Shown: positions 22,788 to 34,951 of the stretch, in pieces | How positions within the stretch are numbered: position 1 is the stretch's first letter | Layout: every line of letters starts with the position of its first letter | DNA from: Mantamonas sphyraenae STR306 | Taxonomy: Eukaryota > Protista > CRuMs | Assembly: GCA_026936335.1 (NCBI GenBank) | Contig: JAPMXV010000038.1 | Location: forward strand, 1-64,000 | Direction: 5' to 3' | Length of the DNA: 64,000 nt | Notes under the pieces: model-generated | What the model was told of the DNA's origin: nothing | What the model saw: the letters and a program-made list of their open reading frames with translations, nothing else | The model's database searches: none | Program-made: the position numbers and the translations under genes

Positions 22788-23331
22788 ATGCCCAAGTACG
22801 ACGATGATATGACCATCAAGGTCCGATACATGAACCTGCGCGAGTGTACGTGCCTCATCCCCGCCCTCTTCCCGTGTGCTTTGCCACGAGTTCACACCGC
22901 CGATGATTCCGCCCACCCGCTGCCTCTCCACGTCCACAGGCTCCGACCCCATGGCTATCAACCAGCAAGTGTCGCTTCAGGACAACCTCAATGCATTGGT
23001 GATGGTCCGTTCCGACCCATTGTGACCGCAAACTCTGCCCTCGCCCCTCTGACGTCAACACGGCGCGCCCTCCCCCCGTCTCCTCCCTGCAGAAGAAGCT
23101 CAACGCCATCCCCGAGCTTCACCGTGTCATTCAGATCTCCTACAGCGATTCCGCGGGTTTGCTCAAGGTACAGCTTCACAGGCCCTATGCTTACACCCCA
23201 TCCGCAGCTGCCTTTCCTCACACCCTTCTCCCGCCCCCTTCCACCAGCGCAACTGTGCCCTCGCTGCTGTCTGGTACGAGGTCCTCTCCAAGGACTACGA
23301 GAAGCTGCAAGAACGCGAAGGCGAGATGTGA
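22788..23331 (+). CDS. Small 93-aa protein of unknown function (4 exons, absent from ORF track)
   Basis: Exons 22788-22845, 22940-23004, 23093-23167 and 23248-23331 join via GT-AG introns into a stop-free 282-nt frame. Confidence 0.72.
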
Positions 23332-23375
23332 GCAGAGCCCAGGAAAACAAAACATCCATTCGTTTGTCGTTTTCT

Positions 23376-24824
23376 TTACGCACCAAGGTCCAGGATGGTG
23401 CCCTTGCCGTCAAAGCCCACAATGAGCTTGTGGTCAGTCTTGGCGTTCTTGATCTGCTGGCTCCAGAGATAAGTGATAAGGTCGGAGCTGGTCAGGTTGA
23501 GCTTGCTGGCAAGCTGTGCGTATGCAGTGCCCTCCGCAGTGAGCACGGCTCGGAAACCATCGGCCTTGCTCTGTTCGTTGCGTGTAAAGCCTTGCGAGTT
23601 GGCAGACGACGTGATGCGCGTGATCTTGGCGTCGGCCTCGGACTCAATCACCTTGGTCGTGGCGCGCACCTGGGTCACCTTTTGCTCCTCGTCCTTTGTC
23701 AACTTGTCCTGGTTGGCCACCACCTTGTCGATGATCTTGGACTCAAAGTCGTCCGGGATATCCACGCGGCGCAGCTGGAACAGCTCCACCGACGCAAACC
23801 TTGCGTTCAGCGCCGTGTTCACAGCGGCCTTCATCTGTGCCGTGATCTCTGCACGCTTGGTAAAGAACTGCATCCATCCACGGACAATGTGTCAGCGCAC
23901 CGCCCTCGACACTCGGCTCTGTTCTACCACACCACACACACAAACTCACCTCGATGGTCGTAAAGCGCGTGGCCACGTTCTTCATCGTGCTCTGTGCCTC
24001 CTTGATGTACTGAGCCTCATACCCCAACTAGTGTATGCCGGTGAAAGATTGTGCGTGTGGGTGTGTGGGTGGTGCAGGGCCGTGTGGGCCGACGCCCGGC
24101 GTGGTTTTGTGCGTCAGTCGCAAACTCCAGATTTTTCCCTCTCGCCCTTGCCGCGAGCCGCGCTTTTTGCAGTCCGCTACACACTGTATCCAGCGCCAAT
24201 GCACTCATCGCTGCCAAGTGGTCACTTACAGTCATCGACTTGTAGATATCCAGCACCTTTTCGCTGTTCAGGCGGTACTGGAACGACACCTCCAGCTCGA
24301 TGTTTTGACCGTCGTTGGACTGCGGGCGCGCCGTCGGGTCAGCGAAACCACACGCACATCTCTCAGCTCTCCACACGCCTTCTCTGTCCACCCTGCATGC
24401 AAACACACAGGCTTCCATCACACAAGGACGCAGTCCCACACACACACACGTGCACACGCTCCCCTAAGCGGCCATGCACACACCCGTCTCTGCCTTGGGG
24501 GAATCACGCCTCACGTACAAACGCAGCCAAACCGCCCGACTGTGCACCTGCGCTGTCGGAAAACTCCAGCGTCTGCAGAGTGGTGGGGAACTTCAGGAAC
24601 GAGTGACCCAGGCCCAGAAAGTAGCGACCGTGTGTGTACACCTTGGTCTCATCGATCGTCTTTGTGTTCCCGTTGAAGTCGAGCCCGACCTCCACAGGCG
24701 TCAGCGTGTCAAACGACACGGCAAACATGATCACCGACGGGATCACAATACAGCAGCAGAAGCACATGGCAAACGAAGCAAGCTGCTCGTCGCTGAAGCC
24801 GTCACACACGTCGTCGCAAGCCAT
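23376..24824 (-). CDS. SPFH/Band-7 domain membrane protein (paralog 1)
   Basis: N-terminal TM, EVGLDFN, GRYFLGLGHSFLKFP, DGQNIELEVSFQYRL, FQLRRVDIP, coiled-coil tail; three introns. Confidence 0.88.
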
Positions 24825-25041
24825 CTTGGGAACTTCTTTCGTTGGCGGGCACAGGGCAGACGGAAGCCCGCACCTCCCACGACATCCTCGCAATCTTCTA
24901 TCACCCCCCTCCCCCCGCTCCCCCTCCCCTTCCACGCTATTTCCCTCTCACGTTGCACCTCGACGTCATCCATGTGCCGGGGCGGCCTGCGCTGCCCGTA
25001 CTCCGCCATCCAAACAACAACCCCCGCCTGCAAACACCACC

Positions 25042-27571
25042 ATGTCGATGCAGCAGATGCCCCCCGGAATGTCGGGCTACAATGGCCCCGTGTTCGTGCT
25101 GAGTAGGTTCCGCGCTGTCGCGTGTGGGCCGGTCCTGGCCGCTATCCGCCCGGGCCGTTTCTGATCGTTGTTTCCCTGTATGCTCACCCCCACGCCGCCC
25201 GCACACATTCTCCACGACATCCCCACTCCGTTTCCACACCCACCCTGCATCCACCGCTTGCCCCTGTGTTCCTTGCCTGTGTCTCTGCCCCGCGTGCATC
25301 CACCCCTGCCCACAGACGCAACCACAAAGCGCTCGACTGGCCGCGAGGCCCAGCTGGCCAACATCCAGGCCTCTCGTGCCGTGGCTGAAATCATCCGAAC
25401 CTGCCTTGGCCCGCGCTCCATGCTCAAGATGGTCCTTGACCCCATCGGCGGCATGGTCATCACCAACGACGGCAACGCCATCCTGCGCGAGATCGACGTG
25501 ACTCACCCGGCCGCAAAGTCCATGATCGAGCTCGCCCGCGCTCAGGACGAGGAGGTCGGCGACGGAACCACCTCTGTCACCATCCTCGGTACGTTGGCCC
25601 ACTCGTCTGCACTCCCCACGCCTGTCCTTGCCGCCCTGCACCCGCACGACGGAAAAAGGAAGGCACGCAGAGGGAATTGCGCGCGTTTTTCAGCCCCACG
25701 CGCGCCATCTTGCTCTTCCGCCCTCTCGCCGCACAGCACGCCCTTCACGCATGCCTTTATGCTGACTCCTCCCCTACCCCTGCCATCACAATCCCGTGTG
25801 CACCCTCCCGTCCAGCCGGCGAGATGATGTACGCTGCCCAGGAGTTCCTCGAGCAACAAATGCACCCGCGCGTGATCGTGAACGCCTACTCCGACGCCCT
25901 CGAGGACGCCCTCGCCGTGCTGGAGGAGCTCGCCACCACCGTCAACATTAACGACGACGACGAGATGCTGCGCATTGTCAAGTCCAGCATCGGCACCAAG
26001 TTTGTCAACCGCTGGGCCGAGAAGATGTGCCAGCTCGCCGTCGACGCCGTCCGCCGCGTCCGCGTCGAGGAGGAAGGCAGCGACCGCGTCATTATCGACC
26101 TCAAGCGCTACGCCAAGGTGGAAAAGGTATGTTTGCCGCCCTAGTGTCTCTGTTCTCCCTTTCCCCGGCCCTCCCCGTCTCCTTGCCACTCACTCGCTTT
26201 TTGGCGCGCAGATTCCCGGTGGCGAGCTCGAGGACTGTGAGGTGCTCACGGGCGTCATGCTCAACAAGGATGTCACACACAGTGCCATGCGCCGCAAGAT
26301 CGAGAACGCAGTCATCTGCCTCCTCGATTGCCCGCTCGAGTACAAGAAGGGCGAGTCGCAGATCAACGTCGAGCTCACAAAGAGCTCGGGCTTCAAGGAA
26401 ATGCTCCAGCTCGAGGAGGACTACATCCGCGACCTGTGTGGCTACATCACCAGCCTTGACCCCAAGCCCGACGTCGTCTTCACCGAGAAGGGCGTCTCCG
26501 ACCTTGCCCAGCACTACCTTGCCAAGGCCGGCATCACCGCCATCCGCCGCTGCCGCAAGACCGACAACAACCGCATTGCGCGTGCCACGGGCGCACAGAT
26601 CATGCACCGCCCCGAGGAGCTCTCTGCAGACCACCTCGGCCGCTGCGGCCTCTTTGAGGTTCGCAAGATTGGTGACGAGTACGTTTTGCACACCTCCCGC
26701 AACATTCCCCGTCCAGCCCCACCCGCAACCCCTTTTCCTCGCCCCAGAATGATGATAACCATCATAATACTTTCGTTCTTCTGATTGTCTGCCGCCATTT
26801 GCAGCAGTTGCAGAGAAACTATGATTTGTTTTCTGACTCGAGCAAACCTCCCATACGCCATATTCCCTGGCTTCCCCACCTCCCACGTTCCACACACACC
26901 CGACTCCATCCCTAACCCTGAACCACCCCCCTTTCCCCTCCTTCCCCAGCTACTTCACTTTTGTCGTCGACTGCGAGGACCCCAAGGCCTGCACCATCCT
27001 CCTGCGCGGCGCAAACAAGGATGTGCTCAACGAGGTTGAGCGCAACTTGCACGACGCCATGGGCGTTGCTCGCAACGTCATGATGGACCCCAAGCTGGTG
27101 CCGGGCGGTGGCTGCACAGAGATGTGCATCTCCCAGGCGCTCGAGCGCAAGGGCAACAAGGTCAAGGGCATTGGCCAGGGCCCGTACAAGGAAGTCGCCA
27201 AGGCCTTCCAGGTCATCCCGCGCACACTTGTGGAAAACGCAGGTGGCCAGGTCATGCGCGAGACAACCAAGCTCAAGGGCGCCCACGGCCAGGCCTGGGA
27301 GCAGGAGAGCGAGACTGGCAGCAAGTACTCCAGCATGGGCATCGACGGCGTCACTGGCCAGATGATGCACGTCGACGAAATCGGCGTCTGGGAACCCTTT
27401 GCCGTCAAGGCACAGACTATCAAGACCGCCATCGAGAGCGCCTGCCTCCTCATCCGCATTGACGACGTCGTCAGCGGTATCAGCCGAAAGCAGGAAGAGC
27501 AGGGCGGTGGTGGAGGCCAGCAGGCCATGGAGCAGGATCCAGAGACCTTTGGCGACAGCCGCGATGGATGA
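25042..27571 (+). CDS. CCT3: Chaperonin CCT/TRiC subunit gamma
   Basis: IRTCLGPRSMLKM, AQDEEVGDGTTSV, DCPLEYKKGESQ, RKTDNNRIARATGA, EVERNLHDAM; four introns. Confidence 0.97.
26745..26838 (+). ncRNA. Intronic box C/D snoRNA, SNORD59/snR54-like
   Basis: C box ATGATGA 26749-26755, guide ACTTTCGTTCTT 26769-26780 before D' CTGA 26781, C'-like ATGATT 26821, D box CTGA 26833; AT-rich island in the last CCT3 intron; guide complementary to conserved 18S AAGAACGAAAGU. Confidence 0.85.
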
Positions 27572-27653
27572 TCAAATCAACCCCCCAGTCATCACACAGC
27601 TCCTCAAATCCTTCCTTCTTGTCTCAAGTGCACAGAGCAAAATCAATTTACAT

Positions 27654-28889
27654 TCACCTTCCCCTCCTCAAACTGTAGAGAAACAGGAAAGCCGTCACAC
27701 CCAGCGATGCCATCTCTTGGACAAGTTTTGCGGTCAACAACACGCCAAACACCCGAAACCCCGTTGCTCTCAAGCGAATCCCCTCGGCCAACGCCTGCGC
27801 CTGGATACCAGCCTGTGCTTCACATCCTTTCCTCTTTGCGCTCCACAAGGCGACGCTCTCGGACAAGCGCTGCGACAGGGTGTGCATCTTTGTCATTGGC
27901 TGCAGCAACAGCGCCAGGATTGCGACGCACAGCGCAGGCACAAAGATGAACTGTGCAAGGTCAAACTTGATTTGAGGGTCCGTGATGTCGATCAGGCTGC
28001 TGATGAAGATGGACATCGCCATGACCAGTAGCACCCCAAACGGCCCTGAAAGGGTATTGACCTCCTCAACGCTTCCCATGAGCCTAGTGTGACGCTCGTT
28101 GACCTCCTCTACCGCTTGTGTGTCCACAGATGTCCATGCCCGCACATCGTCCCGCAAACGACCCAGATCCTCCAGCACTGGTTGCACGGCTGCAAACAGG
28201 GCAATGGGTACGCCTGCCAGCGCGAAAAAGAAGAAATACTGGATCATAGAGAGGACGATGTTCACCGCCAGCCCTGCTCCAAAGCCCCAAGCAAGGTGCA
28301 GGTGGTTGAAGGCCAGGTCCACCGAAGTTGTCCCTCCCGAGGCGAGGCGGACGGGGGAAAGGATGAATGAAATTGCCACAACCACCACAAGGAGCCCACC
28401 CACAGCCACAATCCGGTTCATCACCTGGATCATGTGTTGGGACCGGTGCCAACCGACGTGGACCATCAACTTGAGAAACCAGTTTTGGCGGCCGAGCATG
28501 ACAAGCTGGACGTGAATCATTTGCAGTGACACAAAGGACCACAACGCAAATATGGTTGAGAACGACCGGGACACATTGGGCACCTCGTACGTGGACACGT
28601 TGACCAACTGCCACACGAAAGTCACAAAGTACGTGACGTTGAGCGCCACCCAGCGTGCCCCGTAACCCTTTCGCAGGTCCTCGCCGTCCCTCAACTGCAA
28701 AAGAAAGAATCTGAACGCCTGGTCGAGCAATTGGATGGAGCGAGGCAGCTCCCTGTAGCCCTCGGCGGAAATGACATCCCCAAAGGGACTCTCGTCCACG
28801 ATTGGCTCCCTTGCATCGATATCCACTGCCACAGTGCCCTCTTTGCCTGTGTCGTTCTCACTGGAGTGAACTCGGCGAATCGCGTGCAT
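27654..28889 (-). CDS. Gustatory-receptor-like (7TMIC/GRL) multi-pass membrane protein
   Basis: About 7 hydrophobic segments; C-terminal ATGFRVFGVLLTAKLVQEMASLGVTAFLFLYSL resembles the split TM7 of GR/GRL/DUF3537. Confidence 0.62.
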   Translation of the reverse strand: MHAIRRVHSSENDTGKEGTVAVDIDAREPIVDESPFGDVISAEGYRELPRSIQLLDQAFRFFLLQLRDGEDLRKGYGARWVALNVTYFVTFVWQLVNVSTYEVPNVSRSFSTIFALWSFVSLQMIHVQLVMLGRQNWFLKLMVHVGWHRSQHMIQVMNRIVAVGGLLVVVVAISFILSPVRLASGGTTSVDLAFNHLHLAWGFGAGLAVNIVLSMIQYFFFFALAGVPIALFAAVQPVLEDLGRLRDDVRAWTSVDTQAVEEVNERHTRLMGSVEEVNTLSGPFGVLLVMAMSIFISSLIDITDPQIKFDLAQFIFVPALCVAILALLLQPMTKMHTLSQRLSESVALWSAKRKGCEAQAGIQAQALAEGIRLRATGFRVFGVLLTAKLVQEMASLGVTAFLFLYSLRRGR

Positions 28890-28921
28890 TGGCCTGCCTC
28901 CCTGGGCGCCTGTTGCCCCTC

Positions 28922-30271
28922 TCAAATCTCACTCGCGTCGTCCACCACCGTCAAAAACTTGTCGGCAAACACATGGGCATCCTGTGCCCATCGTGCGCTC
29001 ACATAGGTGCCATCAACACAGGCCGCCGGTGTGACCGTGCCCCATGTGAACGGCAGGTGCAACTGCGTACGGTGACGCATGACCCCGCCAACCTCTTCCT
29101 CTGCGTACGTGTCGCTGGCACCCCATTCGCTCAGCACACTGCAGGTCATTTGATAGAGCTTCGGCACCGTGGTGCTCCTCCGGTTGCACAGCATCGACTC
29201 GCCCGTCTCCACGTCACACGTGCGTGCCACAAGCACAGTTGCCATGCCCACCGCTCCCAGTGGCATGTTGTCTTCAAAGGCCAAGCGCACAAGCGACTGC
29301 AGCTTTGCAGACTCCAGATACGGCCGCACGCCTGCTCGATGTCCCGCCACAAGCAGCACTGCGTCTACACTCTTCAGATTCTCCATGCTCGACCATGCCA
29401 CAGGCTCATTGTACTCGGGACTGTCCAGCATGTCCACCGCATGCATGCGCACTTCGTAGTTGCTGCCCAGCAGACTCACTGCCAGGCTGCCCGTTTCCGT
29501 GTCCATCCCCTCTGTGTCTGGCTCCGCCACGTGGCCAAACTCTGTGCCAAACACAATCTCCAGGCCGTGATTCTTGAGACGTCGCCACACAATGGCCAAC
29601 TCATGCACAGCCACGTCGCGGTCGGGAATGGCCACAAACACGCACTTGGGTTCCAGCGTCGGCCGGATACGGCTCAAGAACCAGCTCACTGGCTCTGAAT
29701 TCCACCAGCGCTGGTTTGCGCTGATGCGCGACACGTACTTCTGCAACAACTTGCGCCGTGCCTCTGCATACCCGCTGCTCGTGTCCCGGAACAGCGATTT
29801 GGGTGGCAGCTCGGGCAACACTTCGTCCTCGAATGCCTGCTGCAGCTGCTCGTGCAAGCGCGCAAACAGAGAAAAGCGCCTGTACACAGTCCACGCCTGG
29901 ATGCCAAACACCAGGTCCACCTCTTGCACATCGATCACATAGTTCACAAACTCTCCGCCGTGCTCGCTCACAACCTCAAAATCAGACACCACACACGTCG
30001 CCTGCTGTGGCCGGAACGACCCATACGGCGACTTGCCACCCGTCATGCCCTCTGCGCTCCCACTGCCTTGGCCCATTTGTCCGCCCTCTTCCTCTCCGTC
30101 CACTTCCTGGCCGATACCCACGTCCACGGCAAAATCCTCGGACCGCAGCGACTCTGTGTCCTCCTCCGCGTCCATCCCAAACCCTTCCGACTCTGCTGCA
30201 GCCTCCTCCACATCCTTGAGATCCACTTGCACCGCCGCCGTGTCCTCCTGACTCTGTCCATCCCCATTCAT
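28922..30271 (-). CDS. PX domain + DJ-1/PfpI-like fusion protein
   Basis: PX: FVNYVIDV, WTVYRRFSLFARLHEQL, LPELPPK, RRKLLQKY; DJ-1-like: VFVAIPDRD, DAVLLVAGH, VDGTYVSARWAQDA; start could be further upstream (30349). Confidence 0.85.
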   Translation of the reverse strand: MNGDGQSQEDTAAVQVDLKDVEEAAAESEGFGMDAEEDTESLRSEDFAVDVGIGQEVDGEEEGGQMGQGSGSAEGMTGGKSPYGSFRPQQATCVVSDFEVVSEHGGEFVNYVIDVQEVDLVFGIQAWTVYRRFSLFARLHEQLQQAFEDEVLPELPPKSLFRDTSSGYAEARRKLLQKYVSRISANQRWWNSEPVSWFLSRIRPTLEPKCVFVAIPDRDVAVHELAIVWRRLKNHGLEIVFGTEFGHVAEPDTEGMDTETGSLAVSLLGSNYEVRMHAVDMLDSPEYNEPVAWSSMENLKSVDAVLLVAGHRAGVRPYLESAKLQSLVRLAFEDNMPLGAVGMATVLVARTCDVETGESMLCNRRSTTVPKLYQMTCSVLSEWGASDTYAEEEVGGVMRHRTQLHLPFTWGTVTPAACVDGTYVSARWAQDAHVFADKFLTVVDDASEI

Positions 30272-30464
30272 TCGCACTGCACTGTCGCTTCTTGGCTGCC
30301 ATGTCGCCACGCTCTCGCCCGTCGCCTTCCCATCCAACAACTGATGCATATGCTTCTGCCAGGGTCGCGCATGTGGACATGTGTCCACACACCAAACATG
30401 ACCCAGACACGGGGCGTCACACGGCAGCGCCTGGAGACCCAACCCACTTTCACCTTCCCCTCAG

Positions 30465-32065
30465 ATGTCGGACATTGAAAACAGCATCTCGGACCTTGGG
30501 TAAGTCGCATGGACAGGGCAAAGTGCAGCCCATTGGGTCGGTCGTTGCCTCGTCACTGGCCAAACACAGGTCCCAGAGCGGCGGCAACACCTCCCCTGTT
30601 GCGTGGACAGGACTGACACAAGCCGCACCCACAATGCCTCTCCGCTGTCCCCGCCTGCAGCTATGGCGACGTCGTCGACCAGATCCCGGACCAGGACGAC
30701 CTGACAGCCATCGACCAGAAGCCGCGCATCCTGCTGATGGGCCTCCGCAGGTGCGTTTTCCAGGGAGAGGCGCCCGGCTTGCCCCATTTTCACGCCCAGC
30801 CTCCTCCGTCTGCCTGCACACGCACACTCACACACCCTTTTGCGCAGGAGCGGCAAGTCGAGCATCCAAAAGGTGGTGTTCCACAAGATGAGCCCCAACG
30901 AGACGCTCTTCCTCGAATCAAACACCAAGGTGGTGCGCGACGGTGAGTTGGCCAAGCTGCGTGCATGCCCCCCGCCCTCTTGCCCCTGCCCCTCCCTCCT
31001 CCCTCCTGCTCACTCCTTCGAGCCGTGGCACGCTCTTTTCACCCACCTGTCCGCTTCCACACGCTCGTGCAGACATCAGCAACAGCTCCTTCGTCCAGTT
31101 CCAGATCTGGGACTTTCCCGGCCAGCTCGACTTTTTCGACCCGGCTTTTGACTCGGAGCTCATCTTTGACGACTGCGGCGCCCTCATCTATGTCATCGAC
31201 GCCCAGGACGACTACATCGAGGCTCTCGACAAGCTGCACAGCACCGTCACCTCGGCGTACCAGAACAACCCCAACATCCGCTTCGAAGTGTTCATCCACA
31301 AGGTCGACGGCCTGACAGACGACCACAAGATTGGTAAGTGCGCCAAGCAGATATTCCTCGCCGCACGATGACATACGACGATGCAGACAGCGCCAGAAGC
31401 GAACGGCTAACCCCAACCCACCCATCCCACCCATCCCAACACCAGAGGTCCAGTCTGAGATCCAGCAGCGCGTGATGGAGGAGCTGGAGGAGAATGACAT
31501 CCACCTGAGCTTCTACCTGACGTCCATCTATGACCACAGCATCTTTGAGGCGTTCTCCAAGGTGATCCAGAAGCTGATCCCGCAGCTGCCCACGCTGGAG
31601 GGTCTGCTGAACATCATGATCCAGAACTGCCGCATGGAAAAGGCGTTTCTGTTTGACGTCGTCTCCAAGATTTACATTGCCACAGACAGCAATCCCGTGG
31701 ACATGCAGTCGTACGAGCTGTGCAGCGACATGATCGACGTCGTCATCGACGTCAGCTGCATCTACGGCATGGAGAACGAGGGCGAGGGGCTTGCTTACGA
31801 CGACGAAAGCAGCAGTATCATCAAGCTGGGCAACGGCATGGTGCTCTACCTGCGCGAGGTGAACAAGTACCTTGCACTCGTCTGCCTGATGCAGGAGGTC
31901 CAGTTTGACAAGCACGGCCTCATCGAGTACAACTTTGCCTGCTTCAAGGACGCCATCTCGCAAGTGTTCCAGGTCGGAAACAAGTCCAACAGCAAGAGCG
32001 ACAGCGACGACGCCAAGGCCAAGAAGAAGCTGGCCGAGGGAGAGGCCGACGATTCGGCTCAATGA
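30465..32065 (+). CDS. RRAGC: Rag GTPase RagC/D (Gtr2)
   Basis: [70 protein letters not shown]; four introns. Confidence 0.96.
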
Positions 32066-32180
32066 TGGGTTGATGCGCCCATGTGCAACCGAGCAATGCA
32101 ACAAAACACACATACACACACACACACATACTGCTGCGCTCCCGTGCACCTTGTTCATTCCATGGCAGCAAAAGACCTGC

Positions 32181-33626
32181 TCACTTCGGATCCAACCCAG
32201 CCGGCTTGTCCACCTCCACGGTGAGCTTGGCCTGCGTCTCGGCCAGCGACTTGAGCCACACGTACTTGAGCAGTGCGGTGGTGTTGAAACCCAACGCCTG
32301 GCTGATCGTAAAGAACGAGTCGCGCTCGGCAGCCACGTTCACCTCCAGCGCGTTGGCCACCGCGTTCTGCTGCACAAGGTATGCATCTGCACTGGCGTTG
32401 GCAGACAGCACAATGATCTCTGCTTGCTTCTCAGCCTGTGGGTATTTGGTGTGTTGTGTGTGCGTTGTGTGAGCATTTTTCGGTGTCGGCAAGATTCCTG
32501 GACGTAACCGCTGCGGGGCGCTGCGTTTTCCTTCCCACACACACATCCTGTGTGCGATCGCACACGTCCAGTGCCCTGCAATCCACCCCGATGTATGGTT
32601 TGCTTCCGCGCAGCTGCACGTTGCCCGCCTTGCTGCTCTCTACAGCCCTCGTTCCGGCCTCCAAGGAAAAGTACGTACCTGCAGCACGCGCGTCTGCGCC
32701 ACAATGCTCGTCGAGACCTGCTCGTTCTGAGCTTGCTCAAACTCCTGGCGCGTGATCTGTGTGTGTGTGTGCGTGTGTGTGTGTGTGTGTTGCGTTGTGT
32801 GAGCGTGTGCCTGCACTCAGTATGTCCACGCTTCGCCCTTCCTCTGTGCTCCTTGAGAGTTTGCGCTCACAAATTTTCCCTCTCAAAAAACCCAATCCGG
32901 CCACAAACTCTGCGCGAGCGCGCCAGCTGCATCCTGATCGCCTCCACGCTTCACCCCCTCTCCCACAGACGCGCCACCTACCTCTGTGCGCTGGATGGCG
33001 TTCTCAAACTTGTCCGGCAGGTCGATGTTGATCAGCTGGAAGGTGTCGACGTTTGCGTGCTGCGTGCTCAGAGCCGTGTTCAGACCCGTGCGCATGGCAG
33101 ACGACACCACGGTGCGGTTCTTGAAGAACTCAAACGCATCAAACTGAGCAGCCACGTTACGCAGCACGTCACGTGAGATGCGCGAGTAAGCCTGCTTGTA
33201 CTGCTCGTCCAGGTCTGTGAGGTCGGTGCGGCTAAAGTCCTTGAACAGGCCCAAGCAATCCTTCAGCGACGCCACAATGCGGTACTGGTACGAGATGTCC
33301 AGTGTCACAGCCAGCCCATCCTTGGTGCGAGCCTGCAACAGGCCCGACGTTGCGTCCTTGTCCTTGCTGAACTTCACCGTCTGCAGCGTCTTGTTGAACT
33401 TGATAAAGTAGTGGCCCAGACCCAGCATGTAGCGGCCTCCTTCGTACAGCTGTGTCTCGTCGAGCGTCAACGTGTTGCCGTTGTAGTCCAGTCCCACCTC
33501 GGTCGGTTCCAGCGAGTCCCACGACACGCCAAACAGAATCACGCTCACAATAAACACCACACAGTAGCATCCGACTCCCACCCACATGGTGGTGTCGTCG
33601 CCGCCCTTGCCAGTTCCCTTTCCCAT
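32181..33626 (-). CDS. SPFH/Band-7 domain membrane protein (paralog 2)
   Basis: TM, EVGLDYN, GRYMLGLGHYFIKF, ARTKDGLAVTLDISYQY, FQLINIDLP; introns in the 3' part. Confidence 0.88.
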
Positions 33627-33692
33627 GCTTGGATGTGTTTGTTGGTTCCCCGGGCGCCGGCGCCATCGCACCCATCCACCGAAACTGACCCC

Positions 33693-34842
33693 ATGGTATG
33701 CACCCAACCACACCAAAACACGCACACTGTCCCTCGGGACTTGCCGATATAATCACGTATCTTGCTGACACCTCAATCCTTGCCCACGCGCAACCCACAG
33801 CCCAAAAGCAGACGCGAACGCAAGGTCCGCCTGACGCAGGTGGACAAGGGGGGCAAGGGCCGCAAGCAGAAGCTCATCGACGACGTCCGCGCTTGTGTGC
33901 AAGAGTATGACAGCGTCTACCTGTTTTCGGTCGACAACATGCGCAACACCATCCTCAAGGACCTGCGTGCCCAGCGCGACGAGGATCGCTTCTTTCTCGG
34001 CAAGAACAAGCTGCTCCAGCTTGCACTCGGCCGCACCAAGGACGACGAGGTCGAGGAAGACCTCCACCTCCTCTCTGAAATGATCATTGGCGAGTGCGGT
34101 CTTCTCTTCACCAACGACAAGCCCGAGAATGTCGAAGCGTACGTGCTTGCCACCAGCCACCACCTTTGATTTTGAGAACCCCGCACGTCCACCCCACTCC
34201 CGCTCGACACACCTGCCCGCTTTTGTATCCAATGCACCCGCACGCACGTTTCGCTTGCACTGTGCTCCTCGGGTGCCTCGTTCCGGCTCTCTGGTGCCCT
34301 TGTGCGGCGTGCGGTGCCACGCATGCGGATTTTTCGTCCGCGTCCAGGCTCCCTGCCAGCCATGCGCCACGGTCGCATTGCAGACGCATCACTCACACCA
34401 ACCGGGCGTGCACCAACACAGCTTCTTTGACGAATTCGAACAGGAGGACTATGCACGCAGCGGATTCGAGGCCACCGAACGAGTGGCCTTCCCAGCCGGA
34501 CCCCAGACACAGTTTTCGCACGCCATGGAGCCGCAGCTACGCCAATTGGGTATGCCATGCACCCTGGAGGAAGGCGTGGTCACATTGACACGTGATTGGG
34601 TCCTCTGCGACGAAGGGGACGTCCTCACACCCGAGCAGGCCACCCTGCTCAAGATGTACGACATCAAGATGGCCACCTTCAAGGTCATCCTCCGTGCCCA
34701 CTGGCAAAACGACAGCTTCATCGACTTTGACAACCCCGAGCGCTCCACCGTGGCCGGTTCGTCCGTCATGGACCAGTGGCAAGCGCAGGGCGTGCAGGTT
34801 GTGTCTGAACTTGACGAGGACGACGGAGACGAAGACAACTGA
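33693..34842 (+). CDS. MRT4: Ribosome assembly factor MRT4
   Basis: ATG-only exon 1, MPKSRRERKVRLT, VDNMRN, RFFLGKNK, DYARSG, FSHAMEPQLRQLG, LTPEQATLLK. Confidence 0.95.
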
Positions 34843-34951
34843 GCTGAGCGCTGAGCACCCATTCACCCATTTCACCCATTTCACAACACAACGCACATAC
34901 CAACACATCCTCCAAACCCAAAATGCACAATTTTCTCTCCTCCATTTTCCT

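Noticed and set aside
26909-26924. CCCTAACCCTGAACC as an internal telomere seed
   Set aside because: About 1.5 units, located at the expected CTAAC branch-point position of a CCT3 intron
15767-32065. VPS15, PX protein and RagC as an endolysosomal gene cluster
   Set aside because: Interspersed with unrelated genes; chance proximity is plausible
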